Below are positions 29,234 to 39,816 of a stretch of 64,000 nucleotides of DNA, piece by piece. Origin of the DNA: Spirochaetota bacterium (GTDB lineage: Bacteria; Spirochaetota; Spirochaetia; SZUA-6). Position numbers and translations under genes: made by a program. The notes beneath the pieces are model-generated. The model saw only the letters and a program-made list of their open reading frames with translations, was not told the origin of the DNA and made no database searches. The stretch lies in contig JAADHF010000132.1 in assembly GCA_013151965.1 (NCBI GenBank), forward strand, positions 10,412-74,411, read 5' to 3'. How positions within the stretch are numbered: the first letter of the stretch is position 1; every line of letters begins with the position of its first letter.

Positions 29234-30328
29234 TTAAAGCTGGTTAATAATTTCATCGATGTCCAGATAGGTCTCTGCCAGCTGTACGGCTTCTTTTACT
29301 TTATCCTTATCTGTTGCTCTGATTTTAACCCGGCGTTCATGTACCTTCTTTGTCACCAGGTATGTATCATCCTCTGAAAACAAAATGGTAGAATGGGAAT
29401 CTTTAACTACTTTCATCACACCTTTGTGCGGCAGAAGGCCTCCGGTAAGAATCATGCCTGCCACTTTATTACTGCTTCCCATAATCCTCTCCGTAGCAAT
29501 AACGGCAAGAATAATATCTTCCCTGTCTCCGGGAACGATTATAAGACTGTTGGGAGTAAAATGCTCCAGCGCATGATACGGTTCCATCGCCCCCACAAGA
29601 ATAGTTATCACTTTTCTCTGAAGAAACTTCTCGCCGCAAAGGACTTTTGCCCCTGTAGCGTCCATAATCTGTTTCATCGTCGGATATGTAAGTTTTTTAT
29701 GGAAGGGTACTGTACCTAAAAGTTTTATTCCCTTACGCTGCAGGCCTAAACCTGCGATTTTCTTTATCTTCTCGTATTTTTCAGCAAGGACCTTATTTAT
29801 AATCACCCCCATTATCTCGACTCCGTTTTGATCAAAAAGAGCCTTATTTACCACAATCTCATCGATAGGCCTGCCTATACCCCCTGTGGCAACAATGATA
29901 ACCTTGCTGTTCAGAAGTTTTGCCACGGAAGCATTGGAAAGATCGAATACGGCTCCTACTCCGGCATGGCCTGTTCCCTCGATAATAACCAGATCCTTAT
30001 CTGCGGATATACGGTCATAAGAATCCTTTATTGATTTTGTATACTTTTCCAGCCCGCCTTCCTGTATATAATTCTCTGTGAATCCTCTTTCCACTGCAAT
30101 CGGATTCATATCCTTTAAATTATTGTTTATGCAATAGACATCTCTCATCAAAACAACATCTTCATCGACTTTACAACCATCCTGCTCAACATAGTGCTGT
30201 CCGACAGGCTTAATAAAACCACGCATGGAATATTTTTCTTTTAAAATGTGAAGCAGTCCCAGACAGATGGTGGACTTGCCGTCGTTTTGCCGGGTTGCAG
30301 CCACAAAGAGTCTTTTGTGGGAGCTCAT
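29234..30328 (-). CDS. P-loop (BioD/CobQ-like) + DRTGG domain protein, resembling the N-terminal regulatory region of phosphate acetyltransferase
   Basis: N-terminal GKST P-loop (ATRQNDGKSTICLGL) and IIEGTGHAG. The C-terminal DRTGG-like element is GMILTGGLLP. Its start overlaps the acsE stop. Confidence 0.55.
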   Translation of the reverse strand: MSSHKRLFVAATRQNDGKSTICLGLLHILKEKYSMRGFIKPVGQHYVEQDGCKVDEDVVLMRDVYCINNNLKDMNPIAVERGFTENYIQEGGLEKYTKSIKDSYDRISADKDLVIIEGTGHAGVGAVFDLSNASVAKLLNSKVIIVATGGIGRPIDEIVVNKALFDQNGVEIMGVIINKVLAEKYEKIKKIAGLGLQRKGIKLLGTVPFHKKLTYPTMKQIMDATGAKVLCGEKFLQRKVITILVGAMEPYHALEHFTPNSLIIVPGDREDIILAVIATERIMGSSNKVAGMILTGGLLPHKGVMKVVKDSHSTILFSEDDTYLVTKKVHERRVKIRATDKDKVKEAVQLAETYLDIDEIINQL

Positions 30329-31119
30329 TTTCTTCTGCTTTCCCTGTAAGCTTTTATATACGAGTCCGAATAGATATGTTTATTTAATATAATCTCAGTA
30401 GTTATAGCCGAGTTTAATAATTCCTCATCGGTAACATCACATATTGTTGCATCGAGACCTGCTTCGATACACATAATAAGAAATACACGGTTAATAAGCT
30501 TCATCTCACTGGCTTTGGAAGAAATATTGCTTAATCCTACAATAATATGAGGGGGAGGGCTGGAAAGAAGTGTAAACTGGCGGACAGCTTCTATTAAGTG
30601 ATAGGCCTGCGGCTGAAGAAATTTTAAGGGCATGGTTACAGGATCGAGAAAAATCTGATCCGGTGAAAGTCCCTTATCTATTGCTTCACTGAATATGGTG
30701 GCGCCGAGTTCTACACGTTGATTTACATCCTGTGGTGCACCCTTTTTGTCCATGCAGAGTCCGATTAAAGAAGCATTATGTTCTACCGCCACGGGGATAA
30801 GCTGATCCAGCTTTTCCTTATCTGCAGTAGTGGAATTAATTATAGGGGGATGCTTACAAACTTTTATAGCGCTTTCTATAAACGCAAGCTTGTTGCTGTC
30901 GATGGAGATCGGGGTTTCCACTGTTTCCTGGACAGCTTCTATCATCCAGATAAAATCATCTACCTTATTGGAAGCAGCCCCCATATTGACATCCAGATAA
31001 TCGGCACCGGCTTCTGTCTGAATCTTTGCCCAATGCTGAATAATCGACTTATCCTTTTCCTGTATAGCTCTTTTGATATCCTTAAACCCGCCGTTAATTC
31101 TCTCACCTATAAAAATCAT
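30325..31119 (-). CDS. acsE: Methyltetrahydrofolate:corrinoid/iron-sulfur protein methyltransferase
   Basis: 264 aa with a pterin-binding (DHPS-like) barrel signature (IGERINGG..., GADYLDVN). Its length and operon position match Moorella-type acsE. Confidence 0.85.
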   Translation of the reverse strand: MIFIGERINGGFKDIKRAIQEKDKSIIQHWAKIQTEAGADYLDVNMGAASNKVDDFIWMIEAVQETVETPISIDSNKLAFIESAIKVCKHPPIINSTTADKEKLDQLIPVAVEHNASLIGLCMDKKGAPQDVNQRVELGATIFSEAIDKGLSPDQIFLDPVTMPLKFLQPQAYHLIEAVRQFTLLSSPPPHIIVGLSNISSKASEMKLINRVFLIMCIEAGLDATICDVTDEELLNSAITTEIILNKHIYSDSYIKAYRESRRK

Positions 31120-31158
31120 TTTTCTCCTCCTTATGTTGTTGATCTTTAACTAAATAAA

Positions 31159-32127
31159 TTAATTCTTATTTATTAAACTGTTAATATATTTCTTTAACTC
31201 TCCGACTGCTTTCGGATGCCGCATAATAATGATATCCGATCCGGACTGAAGGTAAACCAGAGCGGTTATTGCTTCCCAGAGCGGACCCCGCTGAACATGA
31301 TTTCCCCATCCCGGAACTTCCTCTTCAGTTGCTACGGCTTCCTTTACCTTCCATACTTCTTTCCCTATATCAGCTAAAAGAGGCATAGCCCACATTTTGT
31401 CTCCGGATAATCCTGCTATCCGTCCCCGTTCCATAATCGAATACACGTACTCTATTCCATATCCTAAAGAGCCGGTAGAAGGATAAATAACAATATCTTC
31501 AGCTGCCAGACCTATATCGGCAGCTAAAATATTAACCTGCTTGGCTATATTTATGTCAACAGGAGACTCGGCAATTAATTTATGTTTGTCAGCCTTGCAT
31601 AATGCCACCAGAGTTTTATAATTATCCTCGGTGATAGTGCCTAAAAGGCACCTCTCGCCTGCAGCGGTCTGGGAACAAACAGGGAGTATCTCATTGTTTT
31701 TTTCTTTGTTTCCGCAGCCCCATATTATAAGGGGAACGGTTACGGCTTCCAATACCTTCTTAACCGCTTCGGCAGCTTCAGCGCTGCTTTTGTTTTCTCC
31801 GTCCGGATCACATCCCTGAAGTCTTAAACAGATAAGATCTGCATTAAACTCATCCACGCATTTTTTAGCCCATTTCCCGGGGTCATCCCATACATCGGAA
31901 AAATATTTCTCCAGTTCTTCGGGCCAGTCTGCCGGAGCAAAATCCCATACTTCCATGGCTATCACCGGCCGGTGAGGACTGCTGCCTTCGAAGGAAAGAA
32001 AAGGCAAAGTACCGGTCCCTCCTATGGTAATGGTAGTAGATCTTGTTCCGCCTTCCTCTTTAGTGGCACCTATAGTCACCTCATTTATCGGATTGGGCCA
32101 ACTCTGTTTAACATCAGGGATATTCAT
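31159..32127 (-). CDS. acsD: Corrinoid/iron-sulfur protein small subunit
   Basis: 322 aa. It sits between the cooC-type ATPase and acsE as in acetogen clusters. Confidence 0.8.
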   Translation of the reverse strand: MNIPDVKQSWPNPINEVTIGATKEEGGTRSTTITIGGTGTLPFLSFEGSSPHRPVIAMEVWDFAPADWPEELEKYFSDVWDDPGKWAKKCVDEFNADLICLRLQGCDPDGENKSSAEAAEAVKKVLEAVTVPLIIWGCGNKEKNNEILPVCSQTAAGERCLLGTITEDNYKTLVALCKADKHKLIAESPVDINIAKQVNILAADIGLAAEDIVIYPSTGSLGYGIEYVYSIMERGRIAGLSGDKMWAMPLLADIGKEVWKVKEAVATEEEVPGWGNHVQRGPLWEAITALVYLQSGSDIIIMRHPKAVGELKKYINSLINKN

Positions 32128-32144
32128 TACATACTCCTCCTTTT

Positions 32145-32909
32145 TTAACTTCCTGTCTTATACCCCGCCTTTGTCATTATATTCTTTACAGAAGAAAAGG
32201 CAGGCGAGTCCTGGCTTAAGCCGAGTAAAGACCTTCCGTTCCAACTGTACTCTTCCAGGTCAGGGTCATATTCTATCTTTCCTAAATAGTTTTCATTTAT
32301 ATTTTTAAGGTATTCCTCTGTATTTTTGTTAAATCTGTAATTTGCTATCAGGTAAAGGTTATTATAGTGTATTCCGATTTCCGAGGTAATTCTTTTTGTT
32401 CTCTCTATATTATTTAAGGCTTTCTTGGAAGGGTCTAATATTACAAATATGTCGTCTATCTCCGAGAATATTCTTCGGTTAAGATGCTCGAGGCCGCCCG
32501 GTGAATCTATAATTGTGTATTCATAACTATTGGCTACTTTGGAAATAATACTCCTTAAAATATTATTAGGCGAGCAATAGCAGCCTTTTGTCCATTTTAC
32601 TCCCAGGGAGATCATATCAAATTTATCCGATTCATATAAACAGTCTGCATTAAGCAGGTATTCTAATTTTTCAGTCAATGGCATAGAGTTTAACTGCTCA
32701 TCACCTTTGCCTTTTTGAATATCAAAAAGTATATCGGAGATAGTTCTTACTTCTTCTTTCTCCGGATCAACTCCCAGCAGTTCGGCAAGATTCTGGTCGG
32801 AATCGGCATCGACAAGCAGGGGGTGTAAGCCCAGGTATTTTGCCGCCAAAGCAACAAAAGTCGTTTTGCCTGTTCCTCCTCTTCCGGTGCAAACAATTTT
32901 CTTACCCAT
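32145..32909 (-). CDS. acsF: CooC/AcsF-type Ni-insertion P-loop ATPase
   Basis: Deviant Walker A GRGGTGKTT, MinD/CooC family. 254 aa. Confidence 0.85.
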   Translation of the reverse strand: MGKKIVCTGRGGTGKTTFVALAAKYLGLHPLLVDADSDQNLAELLGVDPEKEEVRTISDILFDIQKGKGDEQLNSMPLTEKLEYLLNADCLYESDKFDMISLGVKWTKGCYCSPNNILRSIISKVANSYEYTIIDSPGGLEHLNRRIFSEIDDIFVILDPSKKALNNIERTKRITSEIGIHYNNLYLIANYRFNKNTEEYLKNINENYLGKIEYDPDLEEYSWNGRSLLGLSQDSPAFSSVKNIMTKAGYKTGS

Positions 32910-32913
32910 TTTA

Positions 32914-34827
32914 TTAAGTCCTTTTTAATTTTTTCATTATAGTGGGGAATTTCCCTACATCCGTATGAGGCAGAAATTTCGCTGACATAAACTCATTCAT
33001 ATAATCCGCGTAAGTAATAAGATCATAATAAGTAATATTTTTACTGATTTTATAAGCAATATCAAGAGCATCCTTAGACAGAAGAGCCATTTTTGCTCCC
33101 AATATGGATGTATTGCCCACAAACTGTACTTTTTCCCTTTCGATATCGGGAATAAGGCCGAGAGTTATTGCATTTTCTTTATTAAGATAGTTGCCGAATC
33201 CTCCGGCAAGATAAATCCTTTTAATATCGGAAAATCCGATACTTAATATATTGATAAGCACATTAATTCCGGCAAAAATCGCAGCCTTAGCTCTGATGAG
33301 GCTCTCTATATCAGCCTGAGTTATAACTATATCATCCTTAATTGCAGTTTGAGAAGAAGGCACCAGGATAAACTCCAGTTCTCCGTTTACCTTCCTTACC
33401 CTTTCATTTGCATCGGGATTTAATTTACCGGACCGGTCCACAATTCCCGCCATAAACAGTTCAGCCATAATGTCTACCAACCCGGAACCGCATATACCTA
33501 TCGGGTCCGCTTCTCCGATAGTTGTGTATTGAATTTTACCATCTTCGGAGATTTTAAACTTCTCTATAGCTCCTTCGGCTGCTCTCATTCCGTTTTTAAC
33601 TCCGCTTCCTTCGAAAGCAGGGCCCGCCGAAGCGGAGCAGCAAACCATCCAGTCTTTATTTCCGATTACAATTTCTCCATTTGTTCCGATATCGATAAGC
33701 ATGGTAAGTTCATCTGCCTGATACAAGCCGGTTGCAAGTATTCCCGCTGTAACATCGGCTCCTATCCAGCTTGCTATACTTGGAAGGGAGTAGAGCAGTC
33801 CCCTGGGATTAATCTTTATTCCGACCTCAGATGCTCTTATGGGGGGCGGATAGGTACATACAGGAATAAAAGGTTCTTTACGAAGGTTGGAAGGATCCAA
33901 TTCAAGGAGAAAATGAATCATTGCCGTATTTCCTGCACAAACAACAGCCATCACATCATTAAGACGGATGTTGTTTCTGGATATTAAAGTAGTAATAAGA
34001 TTATTTATATCTTCAACGATTGCTTCTCTTAGCTTTTCTTCCCCTTTTAGTTCGGCATAAATTATTCTTCTTGTTACCTCGTCCCCGTAACTCATTTGAG
34101 AGTTGTAGGTAGCCTCGGCATCCATGGTCTCGAATGTATTTAGATTTACAAGATGAACCACAACTGTCGAAGTTCCCACATCCACGGCAACGGCGAAGTT
34201 CTGATCCGTTGTATTTCCCTCCTCCACCTGAATAGCTTCTATTGTTCCTCCTCTTACTCCCAGGGTAACAGTTATTTTCCAATCACCGTTTCTTAGGATA
34301 TAGGGTAAAGACCGTATTACCTTAAGGCCGCTCTGCATATTGGGGATATTTTTTTTTCGTTTTATGCTGCGGTAGAGATGAACATGATCGGATACATTAT
34401 CCTGCAGGGAAGGAGGAGAAACTTCGAGATAGATTTTCTGGATAAGGGGATCGTATTTAAAAAATACCTGTCCCTTCATGGGAGCATAAAGGGCTCTGAA
34501 CCTCTGAGCATCCTTGTCTATAAGGATTTTCCCTTTTGCCCGTGATTCGGGAGGAACCTCGATTACTACGTCCCCTGTTACTTCGGTCTGACAGGCAAGG
34601 ACATAACCTTCTTTTATCTCGTCCCGCTTAAGAAGGGTAGTCGGGCGTGCGGTAACATCACCTTCTTTAATTATAAGTTTACACTTGCCGCATATGCCGT
34701 CCCCTCCGCAGATGGAGTTAACATAAACGCCGGCTCTTATCGATGCCTCTAAAAGAGTGATGCCCTTTTCTACCAGTATTGTTTCGTCCTGGGATAGAAA
34801 GGTTACTTTAACCTTGTTTTCTTTCAT
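32914..34827 (-). CDS. acsV: Reductive activator of corrinoid protein (RACo/AcsV): N-terminal [2Fe-2S] ferredoxin plus ASKHA ATPase
   Basis: The plant-type ferredoxin Cys motif is CGGDGICGKCK. ASKHA phosphate motifs are VAVDVGTSTVV and DIGTNGE. 637 aa. Confidence 0.85.
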   Translation of the reverse strand: MKENKVKVTFLSQDETILVEKGITLLEASIRAGVYVNSICGGDGICGKCKLIIKEGDVTARPTTLLKRDEIKEGYVLACQTEVTGDVVIEVPPESRAKGKILIDKDAQRFRALYAPMKGQVFFKYDPLIQKIYLEVSPPSLQDNVSDHVHLYRSIKRKKNIPNMQSGLKVIRSLPYILRNGDWKITVTLGVRGGTIEAIQVEEGNTTDQNFAVAVDVGTSTVVVHLVNLNTFETMDAEATYNSQMSYGDEVTRRIIYAELKGEEKLREAIVEDINNLITTLISRNNIRLNDVMAVVCAGNTAMIHFLLELDPSNLRKEPFIPVCTYPPPIRASEVGIKINPRGLLYSLPSIASWIGADVTAGILATGLYQADELTMLIDIGTNGEIVIGNKDWMVCCSASAGPAFEGSGVKNGMRAAEGAIEKFKISEDGKIQYTTIGEADPIGICGSGLVDIMAELFMAGIVDRSGKLNPDANERVRKVNGELEFILVPSSQTAIKDDIVITQADIESLIRAKAAIFAGINVLINILSIGFSDIKRIYLAGGFGNYLNKENAITLGLIPDIEREKVQFVGNTSILGAKMALLSKDALDIAYKISKNITYYDLITYADYMNEFMSAKFLPHTDVGKFPTIMKKLKRT

Positions 34828-36173
34828 TGTTTATTGTTTAACTTCCACTCATTTTTAAGAAAGCTCGGCAGCCTGGCTGCTTCCTCCGGACCGACCAGTA
34901 CATTCCAGCCGTACTCGTCTATAAGTTCCGCCCGGAAAACAGCTACAAGGCCGGGGATAATAATGGTATTATGGTTTACTTTTTCTCTTACTTTCTGTTT
35001 TTCCAGGGTTTTCGCTATCTTTTCCGCAGACCATTTATCTCCGGCAAAGGCATTTAAAACACCCATCCCCTCGGTTCCCACTACGGAGATACAGGATGGT
35101 ATTTTACTGTTTTCCACCTCTGATTCTACGGTAAAATAGGTCAGGGAAAAATTAGTGGTAACAATTACCGGAGAGGCGGGTGTTACTGTTCCTATCTCGT
35201 ATAGTTTGGCCTCTACAGCATTCGGCACCTGCGGATCGGTATATATATTCTGTCTGACAGTGAGCAACGGCAGAAATTGCCAGGTCTGTTTCGATTTCAT
35301 TACCACTATATTTGCATATTTACATATATATGTAGATGCCTGCATAATTTCCTGAAAAGGGTCGTCATTGCTTGTAAACATTATAGTAGGATACCCTAAG
35401 GGACGAAAGACTTTCTCTACCGCCAGCCGTCTTAATTTAGTTAAACATTCAAGTGCACTTCCTGTATCCCCGGCCTCCGGATCAAGAACAAGATCATCCA
35501 CTCCGAGTTTCTTTATATCCTGAGTAAGGTCTGCAAGTTCCTCCAGGCTCCCCGCTGAGACGGCGAGGGGGCAGTTATAATTTTTGGCAAGAGCAGCCAT
35601 TTTTTCATAATTATCCTTATTGGCGGAATAAATTAAAGGCCTTTCCCTGCCTACGGCTTTTAAAGCAGGTTCCATAACAGACGGGTCCTGACATATGAGA
35701 ATAAGCGAAAGAGCGGTTTCCCCTGTAATTTTTTCTGCAAGGGAAGCGAATTCTTTGCCGCCGGCCGAATTGTGCCGTAAAGCTACAAGATTTATTCCTA
35801 TTTCCTCACCTACTCTTTCGAACTTTAGCCGGTTTATGGAGTTTATCTCTTTATTCAGTTCTTCACCTGTTAAAGAATCTTCGACTAAAACGGCTATCCC
35901 TGTCGGATTATGAAATTTTTCCTTATGCCGGAAAAGTACCGTTTCCCGTCCTATATCTAATTTATTCTTACTGCCGATCGAAACAAGCTTCATGGGCGGT
36001 GCCGAAGCCTCGGCAAGTTTGGCTGTTGATTCATCACTTATATGGGGACATTTATCCAGGGAAACCTTTTTTGCCGTTACCTGCATGGCAAACGCCATGC
36101 AGGTGGGAAAATCGCAGTCCCCGCAGTTAGTTCTGGGTAAAAGTTTATAGATCTGTAATCCGGTTAAAGCCAT
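34824..36173 (-). CDS. acsC: Corrinoid/iron-sulfur protein large subunit
   Basis: The N-terminal [4Fe-4S] motif is NCGDCDFPTCMAFAM...CPH. 449 aa. Confidence 0.9.
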   Translation of the reverse strand: MALTGLQIYKLLPRTNCGDCDFPTCMAFAMQVTAKKVSLDKCPHISDESTAKLAEASAPPMKLVSIGSKNKLDIGRETVLFRHKEKFHNPTGIAVLVEDSLTGEELNKEINSINRLKFERVGEEIGINLVALRHNSAGGKEFASLAEKITGETALSLILICQDPSVMEPALKAVGRERPLIYSANKDNYEKMAALAKNYNCPLAVSAGSLEELADLTQDIKKLGVDDLVLDPEAGDTGSALECLTKLRRLAVEKVFRPLGYPTIMFTSNDDPFQEIMQASTYICKYANIVVMKSKQTWQFLPLLTVRQNIYTDPQVPNAVEAKLYEIGTVTPASPVIVTTNFSLTYFTVESEVENSKIPSCISVVGTEGMGVLNAFAGDKWSAEKIAKTLEKQKVREKVNHNTIIIPGLVAVFRAELIDEYGWNVLVGPEEAARLPSFLKNEWKLNNKQ

Positions 36174-36175
36174 TA

Positions 36176-36268
36176 ATTTCCTCCTCCTCTGGAATAAACA
36201 ACTGATCTTAAGACTGGCCCTTAAGATTTATTATATTCATCTATACTTTATTCTGTTCGAATCAATAA
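36176..36268 (-). promoter_or_regulatory. acsB-acsC intergenic hairpin (possible intra-operon attenuator/processing site)
   Basis: Perfect 8-bp inverted repeat ATCTTAAG-N7-CTTAAGAT, followed on the minus strand by TTGTTTATT and the acsC SD GAGGAGGAGG. Confidence 0.25.
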
Positions 36269-38497
36269 TTATATCATAGGCGGCATGGAAAGAGCAGGAT
36301 GCTTCTTTTCCTCGAGGAACGCTAAAAGTTCCTCTGAGGTAACAGCATCTTTTTCCGTAGCTATCTTTTCCATAAGATCCGGTTCATTAATCTCTTCCAG
36401 CCTTTTATGCAATCTGTCTTCTATTTCTTTCTTGAGTTCCTCCGGCATCCAGATTACCCTCTTTATTCCACCGTCGGCAGAAATAAACTTTTTACTGGTA
36501 ATATAAACCTTGCCGATTCCTATAATTCCCGGAGTCTGTACTCCGCCGCCCACCTGGCCGGCCATGGTACTAAAAGCCATTCCTATGGGAGTCATTCCTG
36601 TAAATTCCCGGTTAATAATCATAACTCCGTTAGCTTCGGGCAGAATCGCCACAATACACTCAAAGCACCCGCATGAAGTCATCGGATCCTCCAGCATGGA
36701 GTATGCATTAAATCTCTCCAGATTGCCATGGGATTTCACCTTGAGGTATTCGTTTACTCCTTCCCATTGTCCGTTAACCGGATCCAGGCATTTGTTCTTT
36801 TTAACCGGTTCATTCGGTCCATGAGGATTTAACTGATATGATGCCTTGCAATCGAGCCAGGTATAGGCGCCGCAGAGGCCTAATCTTTCCGGTGTTACAA
36901 TACATACATGGTCCGGTGCATAAGACTGACAGAGAATACAGCTGTAGAATGTATCTACATCCTCATCGGTCATCCCGCCCAGCCGTTCGTCTCTTTCGTA
37001 ATAAATTCTCCTCGCTTCTTCCAACGGCTCCTCTATTTTATTACTGTCTGTAATAAGCGTAACCTGAACTTTATCTACAATTTTTGAATACTCATCGTGA
37101 ATTTTGGCTACCAGTATTTTCCCGATATGTTTTAACCTGAATCCTTTCTGATAGATTTCTTTACTTATCCTTATCCACGCAATAGCCCTCTGGCCCATAT
37201 GAAATACCCCGTTAGCGCAGGATAGAAATTCATGTATTCTCCGTTCAAGAACAGATTCGAAATCCTCACTGAAATTCCTTCCCGCGACATCCACCAGGAT
37301 TGCCAGATTCATGGCTGTTCCCACTTCTGCCGAATCAATATCCTGGCCGATTATTTCTACTTTGCCGTCTTCCACCTCATTCATCGGCTTACCTCTTAAG
37401 ATTTCGAAGGCTGTACTGCTTTTGCCGCCGAACTCGACCTGCATCTGCTCTTTTCTAACCCTTTCACCTTCGAATCCCGCTCCATAGGGAACAGGAATGG
37501 GAACTTCGGATATTTTTATTTCCAGCCCCCTTACCTCGATAGCTTTACCGACTATCTTATCGAGAGGAATATTAGAGACAACATGTTCATAGGTACAGAT
37601 TCCGGTTGGTAAAATCTGGGGTATATCGATATCGGATAAAGTGGGAAAACCGAAATTGATAGCTCCGGCCGCCGCCGCATACTTCTCATCGGTGATGAGC
37701 TGACCGCTTCCGTTTACTCCGGGATCGGCTCCCAGGGCAAGAACAAAAGCGTGAACCCTTTCTTTATTGTAAAGAAGTATCTTCCTGGCCACCTCCATGG
37801 CATTTTGCGGACCTTCCGGCTTTATTCCGCCGAAAGTCAGAGCAGCCCTGACAGCAAAATTTAAAGCAAGAATGGCAGAAGATGTATCCTTGCCGTATGG
37901 AACAAGAAAAGTGTCCCAGTTCATCTCTATCCCCTCTTCGGCGAGCTGTTCGGCCATACTCTTTCCGCCGGAAGATGAAACCATAAAAACCAGGATATTT
38001 TTCTGCTGAAGAGACCGGGCAAGCTCAACTGCCTGTTCATTAGTGGGAAGAGCTCCCACACAGGCGGCAAAACCGGACATTCTTCCGTCCACTAATTTTA
38101 TTCCCTGCAGTCTTAAAGTATTGTCATCGGTAAAACCGAGCCATATTCCTTCCGGTTTATACCCTTCGACATATTTCAATGCCTCGATTATTTCGGTGGC
38201 AATTAAAGTGACAATTCCCGCATCGAGTGTATTTCCCAGATAGGGAAGCCAGAGTTTCTCTCTTACAAGCGGAGGAAGAAGAAGTTTTGCCTGCTCCAGC
38301 GCTCTTTTCGTATCGGACAGGGTTTTTACTTCTATCCCGGTAAGAGCTAAAATCGCAGGCAGATAATAAGCAGTATTGGGGAATGCTACTTCCTGTTCTT
38401 CACCCTTCTCCTTAATTAGTGCATTTAACTTTTCCTCAGCATCTTTTACGTATTTATGTGCCCCGCGTATTGCTGCTGATGCAATTATTCTAGACAT
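36269..38497 (-). CDS. acsB: Acetyl-CoA synthase catalytic subunit (ACS)
   Basis: 742 aa with the A-cluster Cys motif region (SCGCFECIVAILPE). Size and neighbours match ACS. Confidence 0.9.
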   Translation of the reverse strand: MSRIIASAAIRGAHKYVKDAEEKLNALIKEKGEEQEVAFPNTAYYLPAILALTGIEVKTLSDTKRALEQAKLLLPPLVREKLWLPYLGNTLDAGIVTLIATEIIEALKYVEGYKPEGIWLGFTDDNTLRLQGIKLVDGRMSGFAACVGALPTNEQAVELARSLQQKNILVFMVSSSGGKSMAEQLAEEGIEMNWDTFLVPYGKDTSSAILALNFAVRAALTFGGIKPEGPQNAMEVARKILLYNKERVHAFVLALGADPGVNGSGQLITDEKYAAAAGAINFGFPTLSDIDIPQILPTGICTYEHVVSNIPLDKIVGKAIEVRGLEIKISEVPIPVPYGAGFEGERVRKEQMQVEFGGKSSTAFEILRGKPMNEVEDGKVEIIGQDIDSAEVGTAMNLAILVDVAGRNFSEDFESVLERRIHEFLSCANGVFHMGQRAIAWIRISKEIYQKGFRLKHIGKILVAKIHDEYSKIVDKVQVTLITDSNKIEEPLEEARRIYYERDERLGGMTDEDVDTFYSCILCQSYAPDHVCIVTPERLGLCGAYTWLDCKASYQLNPHGPNEPVKKNKCLDPVNGQWEGVNEYLKVKSHGNLERFNAYSMLEDPMTSCGCFECIVAILPEANGVMIINREFTGMTPIGMAFSTMAGQVGGGVQTPGIIGIGKVYITSKKFISADGGIKRVIWMPEELKKEIEDRLHKRLEEINEPDLMEKIATEKDAVTSEELLAFLEEKKHPALSMPPMI

Positions 38498-38520
38498 AGC
38501 TAATCTCCTATCGCATTAAA

Positions 38521-39816
38521 TTATGCTATTCTTATAATTTCTCCCTGCGGAGAAATACTCTCACGAAAACCTTCTTTTCTTTCTAAAAGGTCTTTCACCT
38601 TAGGATAGTCAAAATAATCCTCCGGTAGAATATCTCTTATCGAAGATATATCCGCCTTATTTCTTATTAAGGCTGTGTATACTCCGGCATTTTCAATTTT
38701 ATTAATTGTTGTAAAGCCGACAAGCCTGTTCCCTTTAAGTACAATCCTCTTATAGCTATATTCTTCCGGGTCATTAGACCCTGTTAATTCTTCGTACCCT
38801 TCTTCTATTTCCCCTGCATAGCCGACCGACATAAAGGGCAGACCAAAAAAGTCAGCTGAATTTGCTCCTATGGAACCTGGATACTTCTTATCCTTCCTGA
38901 CCATATTCATGCCTGCAATTCTTCCCTGTTCACAGGCAGCAGTCCAGAGAGCATTTACTTCTCCGGTGCCGGTTACCATATCGGTAGTTTCGGCAACATC
39001 TCCCGCAGCAAAGACTCCCTCGACATTTGTCTGCAGGAATTCATCTGTAATAATCCCCAGATGTGTCTTTATCGGAGAATCTTTGACTAAAGAAATGTTG
39101 GGCGTAATTCCTTTTCCCACTATTACAAGTTTAACGGATATTTTCTCTCCGTTATCGAGCAGTACTCCCTCGACATTACCATTGCCTAAAATCTCCTGCG
39201 GGCCGATGCCGGTTCGGATAGATATTCCATTTTTCTTAAACCATTTATCCAATATTGCGGCTGCTTCGGCGTTAACCGTCCGGGAAAGCAGCCTGGAAGA
39301 TTTAACCATTACCAGGACATCGAGACCTCTTTTTTTCAGCCCATAGGCGGCTTTAAGCCCGATTAATCCTCCGCCGAAAACTACTGCCTTTCCGGTTTTT
39401 TCACCTGTTTTTATAATTTCTTCGGCATCGTGCAATGTCCGAAACCCGAAAACCCCGTGTTTTTCTTCACCCTTTATACTTAAGGGTTTGGAACTTGCTC
39501 CGGCTGCAATCAGGAGTTTATTGTAAGGCAGAGGGTTCCCTTTCTGCAGAATTACTTCTTTTTTTGAAACATCTACCCCTTTTACCGTTTCTCCCAGAAT
39601 TAAATCTACCTTGTTTTTCTCATAAAAGTCCTTTTCCCGGTAGAGAATGTCTTCTTTTTTACGGGTTCCGGCGACATAGTCTGTAATGAGAGACCTGCAG
39701 TAAACAGGATAGTTTTCGTCTGATATTACCGTGATTTTGCCATTCTTATCCAGCTTTCTTATTCCCTCGACAGCATTAATCCCCGCCGCACAATTACCGA
39801 CTATTAAGTAGCACAT
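38521..39816 (-). CDS. FAD/NAD(P)-binding oxidoreductase (CooS-associated FNOR type)
   Basis: N-terminal Rossmann GxGxxG (IVGNCAAGINA) and a second dinucleotide fold (VVFGGGLIGLKAAYGL). It overlaps cooF by 23 nt. Confidence 0.75.
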   Translation of the reverse strand: MCYLIVGNCAAGINAVEGIRKLDKNGKITVISDENYPVYCRSLITDYVAGTRKKEDILYREKDFYEKNKVDLILGETVKGVDVSKKEVILQKGNPLPYNKLLIAAGASSKPLSIKGEEKHGVFGFRTLHDAEEIIKTGEKTGKAVVFGGGLIGLKAAYGLKKRGLDVLVMVKSSRLLSRTVNAEAAAILDKWFKKNGISIRTGIGPQEILGNGNVEGVLLDNGEKISVKLVIVGKGITPNISLVKDSPIKTHLGIITDEFLQTNVEGVFAAGDVAETTDMVTGTGEVNALWTAACEQGRIAGMNMVRKDKKYPGSIGANSADFFGLPFMSVGYAGEIEEGYEELTGSNDPEEYSYKRIVLKGNRLVGFTTINKIENAGVYTALIRNKADISSIRDILPEDYFDYPKVKDLLERKEGFRESISPQGEIIRIA

